44,986 nt of DNA. It comes from an uncultured Pseudomonadota bacterium. Its GTDB lineage: Bacteria; Pseudomonadota; Alphaproteobacteria; UBA3830. This document shows, piece by piece, positions 18,105 through 27,319 of this stretch (position 1 is the first letter of the stretch; each line of letters starts with the position of its first letter). Made by a program: the position numbers and the translations under genes. The notes beneath the pieces are model-generated. The model worked only from the letters and a program-made list of their open reading frames with translations, did not search any database and was not told the DNA's origin. The stretch lies in the NCBI GenBank assembly GCA_902790255.1, contig CADARG010000001.1, forward strand, positions 1 to 44,986. The letters run 5' to 3'.

Positions 18105-19175
18105 ATGGACATAGAGAGTTTATTAAATCCAATATCATCAGAAAGTAACTGCGGAGAATATTTATGTTACGATCATATATATGATGAGTTGAAAGAGTTG
18201 CGGAGGGAGGACGATATTCGCTTGTCTCAGGGGATATGGCAAACCGATCCAAAACGCGCCGATTGGTCTCAGCTTAGTAAACTCGGTTGTGAACTTCTGA
18301 AAACCAGAACAAAAGATTTACAAATAGCCATGTGGTTGATGGAAGCTTGGATTGTCGAAAAGCAATTTGAAGGGTTTATCGATGGATTAAAGTTAGTTAA
18401 GGGATTAAGTGAAAAATTTTGGGACGAAATTTATCCGGCGATAGATTGGGAAAGTCGTAGTTACGATTATCGATTGGCTCCGTTTTTTTTCTTATCAGAT
18501 AAAATACCAGAAAGAATAGTTTTAATTCCGCTCACCAGTACAGAAAGTGATCAGATTTACTCTTTGTCAGACTGGATGGATGCACGCAGAAATCTGCAGA
18601 TAAAAAATTTTGAGGGAATTTCCCTTAAAACTATTGGTAAACAGGTGTCCATTACGACGATCGAAACTTTTAAAAATATTGCAAATCAAGTAAATGAATC
18701 AATTAAGATTTTAGATGAATTGAGAGCTTTTCTTGATGAAAAATGTGGTCAAGATGCCCCAAGTTTTTATCAATTGACGGAGTATTTAGAGGATATTAAA
18801 CGAATTATTTCAAAAAATATTGAGTTGAAAGAAAAACAACAGTCGCAAACACAAAGGATAGAAGTTGAAAAACAAGCAAGCCAGTCAAACACTATCGATT
18901 CTGAAATGGCATTGGAGGATGATAGCGAGACTCAAAAGCAAGAACCGACAATTGGTCAAGCTTATGATGCTATGTCTGAAATTGCCGAATTTTTGGAAAA
19001 AAAGCAGCCACAAAGTCCTTCATCCACTTTGCTTAAGGTCGCAATCATGATTGGAAAGAAAAGTTTTCAGGAATTGCTTGAATTAAACATGCAAAGCGGA
19101 GTTTCTGTTTTGAACACTATTTCCGAGCTATATAGCATTTTTTACAAAAAGGAGTCGAAGCCGGAAAATAGTTAA
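18105..19175 (+). CDS. tssA: Type VI secretion system protein TssA (ImpA N-terminal domain family)
   Basis: N-terminus LLNPISSESNCGEYLCYDHIYDELKELRRED matches the ImpA_N signature (LL.PIs...P.G.dl.yd..f..l...r). Also KDLQIAMWLMEAW. 356 aa. Confidence 0.75.
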   Translation: MDIESLLNPISSESNCGEYLCYDHIYDELKELRREDDIRLSQGIWQTDPKRADWSQLSKLGCELLKTRTKDLQIAMWLMEAWIVEKQFEGFIDGLKLVKGLSEKFWDEIYPAIDWESRSYDYRLAPFFFLSDKIPERIVLIPLTSTESDQIYSLSDWMDARRNLQIKNFEGISLKTIGKQVSITTIETFKNIANQVNESIKILDELRAFLDEKCGQDAPSFYQLTEYLEDIKRIISKNIELKEKQQSQTQRIEVEKQASQSNTIDSEMALEDDSETQKQEPTIGQAYDAMSEIAEFLEKKQPQSPSSTLLKVAIMIGKKSFQELLELNMQSGVSVLNTISELYSIFYKKESKPENS

Positions 19176-19254
19176 TTTAATTGTTTGATATATAAAATTA
19201 TATTGGAACGGTTATTGTAAAATGTTAGAATTCGCAAGGAGTTGGAGGAGTTTT

Positions 19255-19848
19255 ATGCGAAAGTTGACAAGTTTTTGTTTAGAGATGTTACCTTTGCTTT
19301 TGACAGCTTGTGATCCGGTAAGTTGGTTGGTTGGAGGTACCGTTGTTGCCGGAACTGTTACGGTTCGTGATAAAGAGGGAATTTCAGGACAGATTGCGGA
19401 TAAATATCTGAAAGAGAGAATCCGAGTGGCTTTGCTTAACAAAGATAAAGATCTATATGACAGAGTAGAATTAGCGGTTAAGCATGGAATAGTTGTTGTG
19501 ATCGGAAGTTTTGATGATGAATCTCAGTGTGAAAGAGTTAAGGAAATTATCGATAACGTAAAAGTTGATGATGTCTATTATGAACTGAAAATTGAGCCAC
19601 AGGCCAGAGTAGGGACTTTTGCCGCTGATGCCGGGATTACGACTCGTATTGAAGCCAGTATGAAGAGTAACGGAAATGTCGCTTCTCTGAACTATGATAC
19701 TACCACAGTTAACGGAGTAGTATATATGTGCGGAACAGCGATGACTGCTTATGAAAGAGATATTGTTCTGAATATTGCTCGCAGTACTTCTGGAGTAATA
19801 AAAGTTGTGTCATACATTAAGATTGCGAAACCTGAAGTTGAGGGATAA
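19255..19848 (+). CDS. Dual BON-domain outer-membrane lipoprotein (DolP/YraP-like)
   Basis: Lipobox LLLTAC after MRKLTSFCLEMLP, then two BON-like repeats (..VELAVKHGIVVVIGSF.. and ..TTTVNGVVYMCGTA..). Start moved to ATG 19255, preceded by ggagg. Confidence 0.75.
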   Translation: MRKLTSFCLEMLPLLLTACDPVSWLVGGTVVAGTVTVRDKEGISGQIADKYLKERIRVALLNKDKDLYDRVELAVKHGIVVVIGSFDDESQCERVKEIIDNVKVDDVYYELKIEPQARVGTFAADAGITTRIEASMKSNGNVASLNYDTTTVNGVVYMCGTAMTAYERDIVLNIARSTSGVIKVVSYIKIAKPEVEG

Positions 19849-19853
19849 TAATC

Positions 19854-21356
19854 TTGCACGCCAGCGTAAAAACAATTGCATTTTTTGGGATTTCTGTAGC
19901 TGAAGTTGATGTACAAGCTCAAATTCTTAATGGCTTGCCGTCGTTCAATATCGTTGGTCTTCCAGATAAGGCAGTTGCAGAGTCTCGAGAAAGGATACGT
20001 GCTAGTTTGTTTTCGATGGGGATTTCTTTTCCTCCAAAAAGGATAACGGTAAATTTGGCTCCTGCCGGTATCCAGAAGGAGGGGAGTCATTACGATTTGC
20101 CTATTGCTTTGGCTCTAATTGTGGCAATGGGGATTATTTCTCAGGAAGATGTTTTTAATGTGATTGCTATGGGGGAATTATCTCTTACGGGAAGTATTTC
20201 ACGAGTCGTGGGAGTATTGCCTGCATCTGTTTATGCAAAAAAAACGGATCGTGTGTTAATTTGTCCGAAGGACTGCGCTCAGGAGGCCGTTTGGGTTAAT
20301 GATAGTCTGGTTTTGGCGCCAGGAAATTTGTTGGATCTTATAAATCACTTTAAGGGAGTTCAATTTTTACCGAAGATTGTTCCAAATCAGGATCAAGTTG
20401 ATAATGTAAAAATCTCGAATTGTGGATGTTTCAGTGAAATAAAGGGGCAATTACTTGCTAAAAGGGCGATGGAAATCGCAGCGGTTGGAGGTCACAATAT
20501 TCTTATGCTGGGGCCTCCAGGGGTTGGAAAATCCATGATGGCCTCTAGGATTGTTGGAATTTTGCCTCCAATGACTGCGGAAGAATCCTTGAATGTTACA
20601 ACTATCTATAGTTTGGCAGGAAAAATGGATGGAAATGGTTTAATTTTACGAAGACCTTTTCGCACGCCTCATCATTCGGCTTCGATTGTAGCGATAGTTG
20701 GGGGTGGAAATAATGCTCGTCCGGGGGAAATTTCTCTAGCCCACAACGGAGTTTTGTTTTTGGATGAACTTCCGGAATTTTCACGTTCTGCCTTAGAATC
20801 TCTGCGGCAGCCGCTGGAATCAGGAGAAATTACTATCGCGCGAGCCAATAATCATGTGACCTATCCTGCGAAAATTCAGTTGATTGCAGCAATGAATCCT
20901 TGTCGTTGCGGATATTTGGGTGTTGAAGGGAAAGAATGTTCGCGTGCTCCGAGATGCGGAAGTGAGTATTTGCGAAAAATTTCAGGTCCGTTGCTGGATC
21001 GAATAGATATTTATATAGATGTACCAGAAGTAAGGGTTCAGGATTTTTATCAGGATAAAAGTCAATTGGAAACCAGCGATGTTATAAGGCAGCGAGTTAT
21101 TCAGGCGAGAGAAATTCAATATCGGCGTTACGGTAGGAATAAAACCAATTCTGAAATCGAAGGTACAGAACTGGAAAAATATCTCTCGGATAGTGCGCGC
21201 AATTTGCTTTATTCTTTTGTAGATAAGGCAAAAATCTCAGCCCGTGGATTTTATCGAGTGATAAAGTTAGCTCGGACCTTAGCGGATATGTCAGCAGAGG
21301 ATTCAATCGCAGAAAATTACGTGGCGGAAGCCTTGGGGTATCGAAGAATAGTTTAA
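19854..21356 (+). CDS. comM: YifB/ComM family Mg-chelatase-like AAA+ ATPase
   Basis: N-terminal Lon-protease-like domain (GLPSFNIVGLPDKAVAESRERIRASL), Walker A GPPGVGKSM and NGVLFLDELPEF. TTG start. Confidence 0.92.
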   Translation: MHASVKTIAFFGISVAEVDVQAQILNGLPSFNIVGLPDKAVAESRERIRASLFSMGISFPPKRITVNLAPAGIQKEGSHYDLPIALALIVAMGIISQEDVFNVIAMGELSLTGSISRVVGVLPASVYAKKTDRVLICPKDCAQEAVWVNDSLVLAPGNLLDLINHFKGVQFLPKIVPNQDQVDNVKISNCGCFSEIKGQLLAKRAMEIAAVGGHNILMLGPPGVGKSMMASRIVGILPPMTAEESLNVTTIYSLAGKMDGNGLILRRPFRTPHHSASIVAIVGGGNNARPGEISLAHNGVLFLDELPEFSRSALESLRQPLESGEITIARANNHVTYPAKIQLIAAMNPCRCGYLGVEGKECSRAPRCGSEYLRKISGPLLDRIDIYIDVPEVRVQDFYQDKSQLETSDVIRQRVIQAREIQYRRYGRNKTNSEIEGTELEKYLSDSARNLLYSFVDKAKISARGFYRVIKLARTLADMSAEDSIAENYVAEALGYRRIV

Positions 21357-21380
21357 TTTCTATTAGTCGCATTATAAAAT

Positions 21381-21407
21381 TTGTCAAATTTAATTGATTT
21401 GTATAAT
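21381..21407 (+). promoter_or_regulatory. Candidate promoter for the flotillin-like gene
   Basis: TTGTCA (21381-21386), a 15-nt spacer, then TATAAT (21402-21407). The spacer is short and the background is AT-rich, so this is weak. Confidence 0.25.
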
Positions 21408-21457
21408 TTTTTGCAATAGAATTGTCTAGATTTTGATTCAGAGGGGAGGGTAAAATT

Positions 21458-22864
21458 ATGATTAATTGGATAATAGCTTGCATTATAATTGCCATATTTG
21501 TTTCGATATTTGTGATTGTTTTGTCTTTACGTAGAATAGTTCCTACGAATGAAGTTCATGTGGTTCGCTCCGGTTCGCAGACTCATTGCTACGGCGCTAC
21601 TGAAAATAATGAAGGTAATATTTATTATGAATTTCCTGCTTGGGTTCCTTTATTAGGTGTTTCTGTTACAAAGTTCGGAATAAATGTATTTGATTTGGAT
21701 ATTCCCGACTATGAAGCATATGACAAAGATCGTTTGCCGTTTGTCATAGATGTTAAATCGTTTTTCAGAATAAGCAGTCCGATAGTTGCGTCTCAACGTG
21801 TATCGAGTCAAAAAGAACTTGAAAAGCAACTATTAGGCATCGTGCAGGGTGCTGCTCGTTCTATTCTTGCTAAGGAAGACCTCAACACAATAATGGGAGA
21901 GCGTAATAAATATGGTGAAATGTTCACAAAAGAAGTTACAGATCAGCTCATTGAATGGGGAGTTTCCGCTGTTAAAAATATAGAGTTGATGGATATAAGA
22001 GATTCTCATGGCTCCAATGTAATCGTGAATATTATGGCAAAGAAGAAATCTCAAATAGAGATGGAAAGCAGACAAACTGTCGCTGAAAATGCTAGAAAAG
22101 CCAATGAAGCAGAGATTCTGGCCCAAAAAGAGGTGGAATTAAAACAACAAGAAGCTAATAAAGCAGTCGGATTAAGAAAGGCTGAAGTTTCGCAAGAAGT
22201 TGGTATTGCCGAAGAGAAGTCCAAACAAATGGTTCAAGAACAGGCTAAGATTACTACCGAAAAAGAAATGGCGGTAAAGAGAGTTCAAGAGGTGCAAGCG
22301 GCCGAAATACAAAAGCAGGCCAGTATTGTTAAGGCTGAAGGGGACAAAAATGTTGTTGAACTGAATGCGAAAGCTAACGTAGCCAAGAGTGAAGGTGAAA
22401 AGAAAGTTAAAGTTCTTGAAGCCGAAGCAAGAAAAGCTGAAGTGGAACTTAAAGCTGATGCTGATCTTAAGGCCGCCAAAAATGAAGCTCAGGGAATTGA
22501 AGCAAAAGGTAGAGCACAGGCTGCGTCCAAAGAGCTTGATGAAAAAGCAAAAGTTGCGGGAGATATAGAGCTTTTTGATAAAGTTCAGAGCAATCCAGAG
22601 TATCAGGAGTTTATGATAAATACAAAGCGCGTTGAAGCTCTGATGCAAGTTGGTATTGAACAAGCTAAGAACCTGGGAAATGCTGAGGTTAAAATTTATG
22701 CAACTTCCGAAACAGTTACTGGAGGTGTGTCCAAAGCAGCTAATACATTCAGTCCTTCAACTGGTTTTAATGTATCTAGTTTGTTAGATGCCTTTTCTTC
22801 GACTGATGCGGGCAAAAAAATAGCTCAAACTATAGCCAATGTCGTGGAGAAAAAAAGAGATTAA
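21458..22864 (+). CDS. SPFH/band-7 domain protein, flotillin-like (YqiK/FloT type)
   Basis: N-terminal TM, an SPFH-like domain, and a long A/E/K/Q-rich coiled-coil (flotillin-type EA repeats). 468 aa. Confidence 0.8.
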   Translation: MINWIIACIIIAIFVSIFVIVLSLRRIVPTNEVHVVRSGSQTHCYGATENNEGNIYYEFPAWVPLLGVSVTKFGINVFDLDIPDYEAYDKDRLPFVIDVKSFFRISSPIVASQRVSSQKELEKQLLGIVQGAARSILAKEDLNTIMGERNKYGEMFTKEVTDQLIEWGVSAVKNIELMDIRDSHGSNVIVNIMAKKKSQIEMESRQTVAENARKANEAEILAQKEVELKQQEANKAVGLRKAEVSQEVGIAEEKSKQMVQEQAKITTEKEMAVKRVQEVQAAEIQKQASIVKAEGDKNVVELNAKANVAKSEGEKKVKVLEAEARKAEVELKADADLKAAKNEAQGIEAKGRAQAASKELDEKAKVAGDIELFDKVQSNPEYQEFMINTKRVEALMQVGIEQAKNLGNAEVKIYATSETVTGGVSKAANTFSPSTGFNVSSLLDAFSSTDAGKKIAQTIANVVEKKRD

Positions 22865-22870
22865 TTTAAA

Positions 22871-22918
22871 TGAAGGCATAAGAGATATTGTGTAAATTGC
22901 GATACTCTTTCGCCTTCA
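22871..22918 (+). terminator. Long imperfect hairpin just after the flotillin-like gene (possible terminator or RNA stabiliser)
   Basis: tgaaggc (22871-22877) pairs with gccttca (22912-22918). An inner aagagatat/atactctt pairing has one bulge. There is no clean T-run afterwards. Confidence 0.3.
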
Positions 22919-23159
22919 GAATATTTGATCTCTTAAATACGTTGAACTAATGATGAGATATATTTTTTGTTGATTGTTGCGTTTGCTTTAAACAACGGAT
23001 TTGCTAAAAATGTCCCGTCGGAATGTAACTATTCTTATTTAAATTTACTTTATAATTTGCTATAAGGTAAGAAGGTAGTTGTGTATTCAGCTGTCGAATG
23101 GTGTCGGATCGGGTGTTTAGGGTATACCTGGTTCGATTTGGTCAGAATTGGAGGATAAA

Positions 23160-23357
23160 GTGCCCAAGTTGAAAACAAAAAGTGCTGCGAAGAAAAGGTT
23201 TTCTTTCACGGCAAGTGGTTTTGTGACATCTCAGCCTGCTTACAGGCGTCACCTTATGAAAAATAAGTCTCAAAAGATGAAAAGACAAACGCGAGGAACC
23301 ATGGTTCTGAGTGAAAGCGATGCGAAGAGCGTCGTCAAATATATGCCGTACAAGTAA
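23160..23357 (+). CDS. rpmI: 50S ribosomal protein L35
   Basis: A GTG start gives (M)[13 protein letters not shown], the canonical L35 N-terminus. GGAGGA lies just upstream. The ORF-track TTG at 23148 would add 4 residues. Confidence 0.9.
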   Translation: MPKLKTKSAAKKRFSFTASGFVTSQPAYRRHLMKNKSQKMKRQTRGTMVLSESDAKSVVKYMPYK

Positions 23358-23368
23358 GGAGATATAAT

Positions 23369-23725
23369 ATGTCACGAGTTAAAAGAGGTTTAACCGCACA
23401 CGCCAGACACAGAAAGGTTATAAATCTTTCCAAGGGGTTTGTTGGGCGTTCCAAGAATTGTTTTCGTTCAGCTATCGAAAGATTAGAGAAATCTATGCAG
23501 TATGCCTACAGAGACAGGCGTACAAAGAAGAGAGATTTTCGTAGGCTTTGGATAGTAAGAATTAATGCTGCAGTTAGAGAGCACGGTTTAAAGTATTCTC
23601 AATTTGTCTGCGGGTTGTCGAAGGCAAATGTTGCTATCGACAGAAAAGTTCTGTCAGAGTTGGCGATTAATGATAAAGCGGCTTTCAAAGAAATCGTGAA
23701 CAAGGTGAAAGCGGTTTTGTCATAA
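23369..23725 (+). CDS. rplT: 50S ribosomal protein L20
   Basis: [41 protein letters not shown], the canonical L20 sequence. Confidence 0.96.
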   Translation: MSRVKRGLTAHARHRKVINLSKGFVGRSKNCFRSAIERLEKSMQYAYRDRRTKKRDFRRLWIVRINAAVREHGLKYSQFVCGLSKANVAIDRKVLSELAINDKAAFKEIVNKVKAVLS

Positions 23726-23767
23726 AGTCGTATCGTAAAATCGTAAAACGAAAAGGAGGTAGGTGTT

Positions 23768-24193
23768 ATGAGTGGTAAAATTTGTGAATTGCCGGAGGGT
23801 TATGTTCCGAGCGTTGATGAAGAGTTTATGAACGATTTTCAGCGTGAGTATTTCAGGCGAAAGCTTGAAAATTGGAAAGATAATCTTCTTCATGAGAGTG
23901 ATTTGGCTTTGCAGTCCTTAAAGGAAGAAAAGGAAATCTGCACGGATATTATTGATCGAGCATCTACCGAAACTACTCTGGGTTATGAGCTGAGATCTAA
24001 GGAGAGGGCAAGAAAGTTGATCTCCAAGATAGATGAAGCTTTGACAAAAATAAAAGATGGAACTTACGGGTATTGTGAAGATACAGGTGAGCCTATAGAT
24101 CTGAGAAGATTGGAGGCAAGACCTACCGCGACGCTGAGTATTCAGGCTCAGGAACGTCATGAAAAGATGGAAAAAACTCAAAAAGATGATTAG
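23768..24193 (+). CDS. dksA: RNA polymerase-binding transcription factor DksA (Zn-finger-degenerate variant)
   Basis: Coiled-coil tip motif DIIDRAS (DxxDxA) and C-terminal YGYCEDTGEPIDLRRLEARPTATLSIQAQ, homologous to the DksA/TraR finger but with only one Cys. Confidence 0.88.
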   Translation: MSGKICELPEGYVPSVDEEFMNDFQREYFRRKLENWKDNLLHESDLALQSLKEEKEICTDIIDRASTETTLGYELRSKERARKLISKIDEALTKIKDGTYGYCEDTGEPIDLRRLEARPTATLSIQAQERHEKMEKTQKDD

Positions 24194-25025
24194 AACAGAT
24201 CTTTCTAATGTAAAGGCTTATTTAAAGAAGACTTTTTTTCAGAAGGAGAAATTGACTCCGGAAGAAAAAAGGGAGAAGTTTAGGTCTGATCTCAAGTTTT
24301 GTGCTTGGTTTACCGTAATTTTTTTGTTATTCAGGTTTTTTGTTTACGATTGGTATATTGTGCCGTCATGCTCAATGGTTCCGACTTTGCTGGTCGGTGA
24401 TATGCCTTTTGTTGAGAAATTTGCTTACGGAATTAGTAAGCATAGTATTTGGTTCAGTCCGAATCTATTTTCGGGACGACTTTTTTTCAAAAATAACGTG
24501 AAACGTGGCGATGTTATAGTTTTTAAGCATCCCCATGATCCAAGTGATCCTGAAAATGAAGGGATAAATGTGATCAAGAGGGTAATAGCTCTTCCGGGCG
24601 ATAGAGTCAGCGTAGAAGGTGGAGTGATTTCGGTTAATGGAGTTAGGGCGGAGCTGACATACAAGGAAGAAGTAAATTACTACGATTATCCTAATGGAAA
24701 GACATATATAATTCAGAGATATGAAGAAAAATTGCCGTTGTCTGATGCGCCGGTACATACAGTCGGATATATCGAGGAGATGAAGTTCTCAAGATCAAAC
24801 TATTTTAGTGAAGTCACAGTTCCAGAAGGGCACTACTTCGTTATGGGTGATAACAGGGATTGTTCAAAAGATTCTCGGTGTGGTTTAGGCTTCATTCCTG
24901 AAGAAAATCTTATGGGGCGAGCGATTTTTACAGTATATTCCATAGATAAATGCGTAAGACTTTGGGAATTTTGGAGATGGTTCCAGAATATCAGATACGA
25001 TCGTCTTCTGAAGAGAATTGATTAA
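24159..25025 (+). CDS. lepB: Signal peptidase I
   Basis: Catalytic Ser box PSCSMVPTL, Lys box IKRVIALPGD, and GDNRDCSKDSR. The start is uncertain (24159 or ATG 24186), and both overlap the dksA end. Confidence 0.9.
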   Translation: MKRWKKLKKMIRTDLSNVKAYLKKTFFQKEKLTPEEKREKFRSDLKFCAWFTVIFLLFRFFVYDWYIVPSCSMVPTLLVGDMPFVEKFAYGISKHSIWFSPNLFSGRLFFKNNVKRGDVIVFKHPHDPSDPENEGINVIKRVIALPGDRVSVEGGVISVNGVRAELTYKEEVNYYDYPNGKTYIIQRYEEKLPLSDAPVHTVGYIEEMKFSRSNYFSEVTVPEGHYFVMGDNRDCSKDSRCGLGFIPEENLMGRAIFTVYSIDKCVRLWEFWRWFQNIRYDRLLKRID

Positions 25026-25699
25026 TGGAAAAATTACCGAAATTAGAAAAAATCATCGGCTACGAATTTAAGAATAAGGAGAATGTCTCCGTTGCGATAG
25101 TACATCCGGGAGCCAATAAATTTGATAGAAATTTTGCGAAATGTTTTGAAAGGTTGGAATTTTTAGGGGATAGGGTTTTGGGATTGTCTTTGGCTCACCT
25201 CATTTTTTCGAAATTTTCAAAAGAAAGTGAAGGGGACTTGGCAATTCGGATGTCAGTTCTTGCTGGGACGGATTTTTTGATAGATCTCGCGAAGAAAACT
25301 AAATTGATAGAATGTTTCTCTTATCCAAAAGATCTTTTTGTTTCCAAAAATAAGAATTCTTCGTCGATTGCCGATATGATGGAAGCGGTTTTGGGATCTG
25401 TGTTTTTGGATTCAGGATTTTCTGAAGCGAGAGATGTTGTTACTCGTTTGTGGGGCGATGATTTAAATAAGATCATTTATAAGAAAAAGGATTCCAAAAC
25501 CAGATTGCAGGAGATAGTGCAAAGTAAATCGGAAGAATTGCCGTTCTATCGTTTGATAAAGATGACAGGAGAAGCGCATGACCCGGTTTTCGAGATAGAG
25601 GTTTCTGCTTGCGGAGAAATTGCTTCGGGTTTTGGAAATTCAAAGAAGAATGCCGAGCATGATGCTGCAAAAAAATTGATAGAAAAATTAAGTAAGTAA
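25025..25699 (+). CDS. rnc: Ribonuclease III
   Basis: ERLEFLGDRVLGL signature and a C-terminal dsRBD (..GFGNSKKNAEHDAAKKLIEKL). Confidence 0.94.
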   Translation: MEKLPKLEKIIGYEFKNKENVSVAIVHPGANKFDRNFAKCFERLEFLGDRVLGLSLAHLIFSKFSKESEGDLAIRMSVLAGTDFLIDLAKKTKLIECFSYPKDLFVSKNKNSSSIADMMEAVLGSVFLDSGFSEARDVVTRLWGDDLNKIIYKKKDSKTRLQEIVQSKSEELPFYRLIKMTGEAHDPVFEIEVSACGEIASGFGNSKKNAEHDAAKKLIEKLSK

Positions 25700-26584
25700 A
25701 TGTCAGGGAAAGAGAATTCAGGTAATTTGAAAGCGATTGGTCAGAAAAGATGCGGGTTTGTTGCGGTTTTGGGAGAAACAAATGCCGGAAAATCTACGTT
25801 GATAAACAAGTTAGTTGGGCAGAAAGTTTCTATTGTTTCAAGAAAAGTTCAGACCACATTGAGTCGAATTTTAGGAATTGCGATCAACGGGAACAGTCAG
25901 ATAATTTTAATAGATACTCCTGGATTTGTTTCATATCACAAATCCGTAGATCAAAAAACGGATGTTCTTGAAAAAACGGCTTGGGATGCGTTTCGCGAAA
26001 CGGAAGAAGTTTTATTTGTAGTGGATGCTCACAAGAGAGATTTTGAAAAAAGTATGACTTTGCTTCAGAAAATCGATAAGAAAAAGAAGGTTTCATTGGT
26101 TTTGAACAAAGTCGATCTGATCAAGAAAGAAAAACTTTTGGAGATCGCGAGTGAATTTTCGAAAATTCGTAATTTTGAGAATATTTTCATGGTTTCGAGT
26201 TTAAATGGCGATGGAGTCGAAGATATCGAAAAATATTTAGCGAAAATCGTCCCAGAAAACGAATGGATGTTTCCAGAAGATGAAATTACTGATTCGTCTT
26301 TTGAAAAATTTACTTCGGAAATCACAAGAGAGCATCTTTATCATAGAGTTCATCAGGAAATTCCTTATAGATGCCGGATAGTTACGGAAAATTACCGTAA
26401 TGAGGCAGATGGCTCTGTTAGGATTGCTCAAAATATTTTTGTAAAAAGCAAGGCTCATAAAATAATTCTACTGGGGCATAATGGCGGAAAAATTCGAGCG
26501 ATTGGTTCCGCAGCACGTCGCGAGTTATCTGAATTGCTGGAGCGGGAAGTTCATTTGTTTTTGAATGTTGTTGTGGAAAAATAG
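25700..26584 (+). CDS. era: GTPase Era
   Basis: G1 GETNAGKST, G3 DTPG, G4 NKVD and a C-terminal KH domain. Conserved lepB-rnc-era-recO order. Confidence 0.94.
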   Translation: MSGKENSGNLKAIGQKRCGFVAVLGETNAGKSTLINKLVGQKVSIVSRKVQTTLSRILGIAINGNSQIILIDTPGFVSYHKSVDQKTDVLEKTAWDAFRETEEVLFVVDAHKRDFEKSMTLLQKIDKKKKVSLVLNKVDLIKKEKLLEIASEFSKIRNFENIFMVSSLNGDGVEDIEKYLAKIVPENEWMFPEDEITDSSFEKFTSEITREHLYHRVHQEIPYRCRIVTENYRNEADGSVRIAQNIFVKSKAHKIILLGHNGGKIRAIGSAARRELSELLEREVHLFLNVVVEK

Positions 26585-26587
26585 AGA

Positions 26588-27319
26588 ATGCAATGGCAAG
26601 AGCAGAGCATTGTTTTATCTTCTAAACCTTTTAGCGAGAACTGTCGGCTGGTTAATGTTTTCAATAGGAGCATTGGCAAAACTTCGGGATTGGTGAAAAG
26701 AACTAAATCCGCTATCCATGTCGGAGATATAAGTGATGTCACATGGAAAGGCCGCAATGCAGATCAGCTTGGGACTTTTAAAATCGAGACTGTTTTTTCG
26801 CCATTTTCATTTGTTTTCGAAAATCCGTTGGAAATTCTCGCCATAGATAGTGTTTGCACTTTGTGTAGCAACGGATTGCCAGATAGAGCTCCTCATGGAA
26901 AATTATTTGATTCAGTAAAGCAATTTTTGCTTGAATTGATTCATGATAATTGGCTTTTGAATTATGTTCTTTTCGAGAAAATGTTTTTGTCTGAAGTCGG
27001 AGTAGGTTTGAGTCTGTCTCAGTGTGCTGTTACGGGGAAAAAAGATGGATTGTTTTACGTATCACCTCGAACAGGAAAAGCTGTGACCAAAGAAGTTGGT
27101 GAAAAATATAAGGATAGGTTGTTTGTTTTGCCGAAATTTTTATTAAATGCAGATGAAGACCCATCAAATGAGGATATTTTGCTGGCTTTAAAGATAACTC
27201 AGCATTTTTTAAAAATTTATTTTTATGGTATAAGCAGTAAAGAATTGCCCATGTCCAGAGAATATCTCGTGCAAGGGTTATTAAAGGGAGATAAAAATGA
27301 AACTCAGTACTATAATTAA
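26588..27319 (+). CDS. recO: DNA repair protein RecO
   Basis: N-terminal OB-fold pattern (W.EQSIVLSSKPFSEN.RLVNVF), size of 243 aa, and position after era. Confidence 0.75.
   Translation: MQWQEQSIVLSSKPFSENCRLVNVFNRSIGKTSGLVKRTKSAIHVGDISDVTWKGRNADQLGTFKIETVFSPFSFVFENPLEILAIDSVCTLCSNGLPDRAPHGKLFDSVKQFLLELIHDNWLLNYVLFEKMFLSEVGVGLSLSQCAVTGKKDGLFYVSPRTGKAVTKEVGEKYKDRLFVLPKFLLNADEDPSNEDILLALKITQHFLKIYFYGISSKELPMSREYLVQGLLKGDKNETQYYN

Noticed and set aside
22919-23159. An L20-responsive leader or small ORFs upstream of rpmI
   Set aside because: Only very short ORFs of about 10 codons or fewer are present. I could not identify the pseudoknot or hairpin features of known L20 leaders by eye. It is mentioned only as something to scan within the flotillin-hairpin finding.
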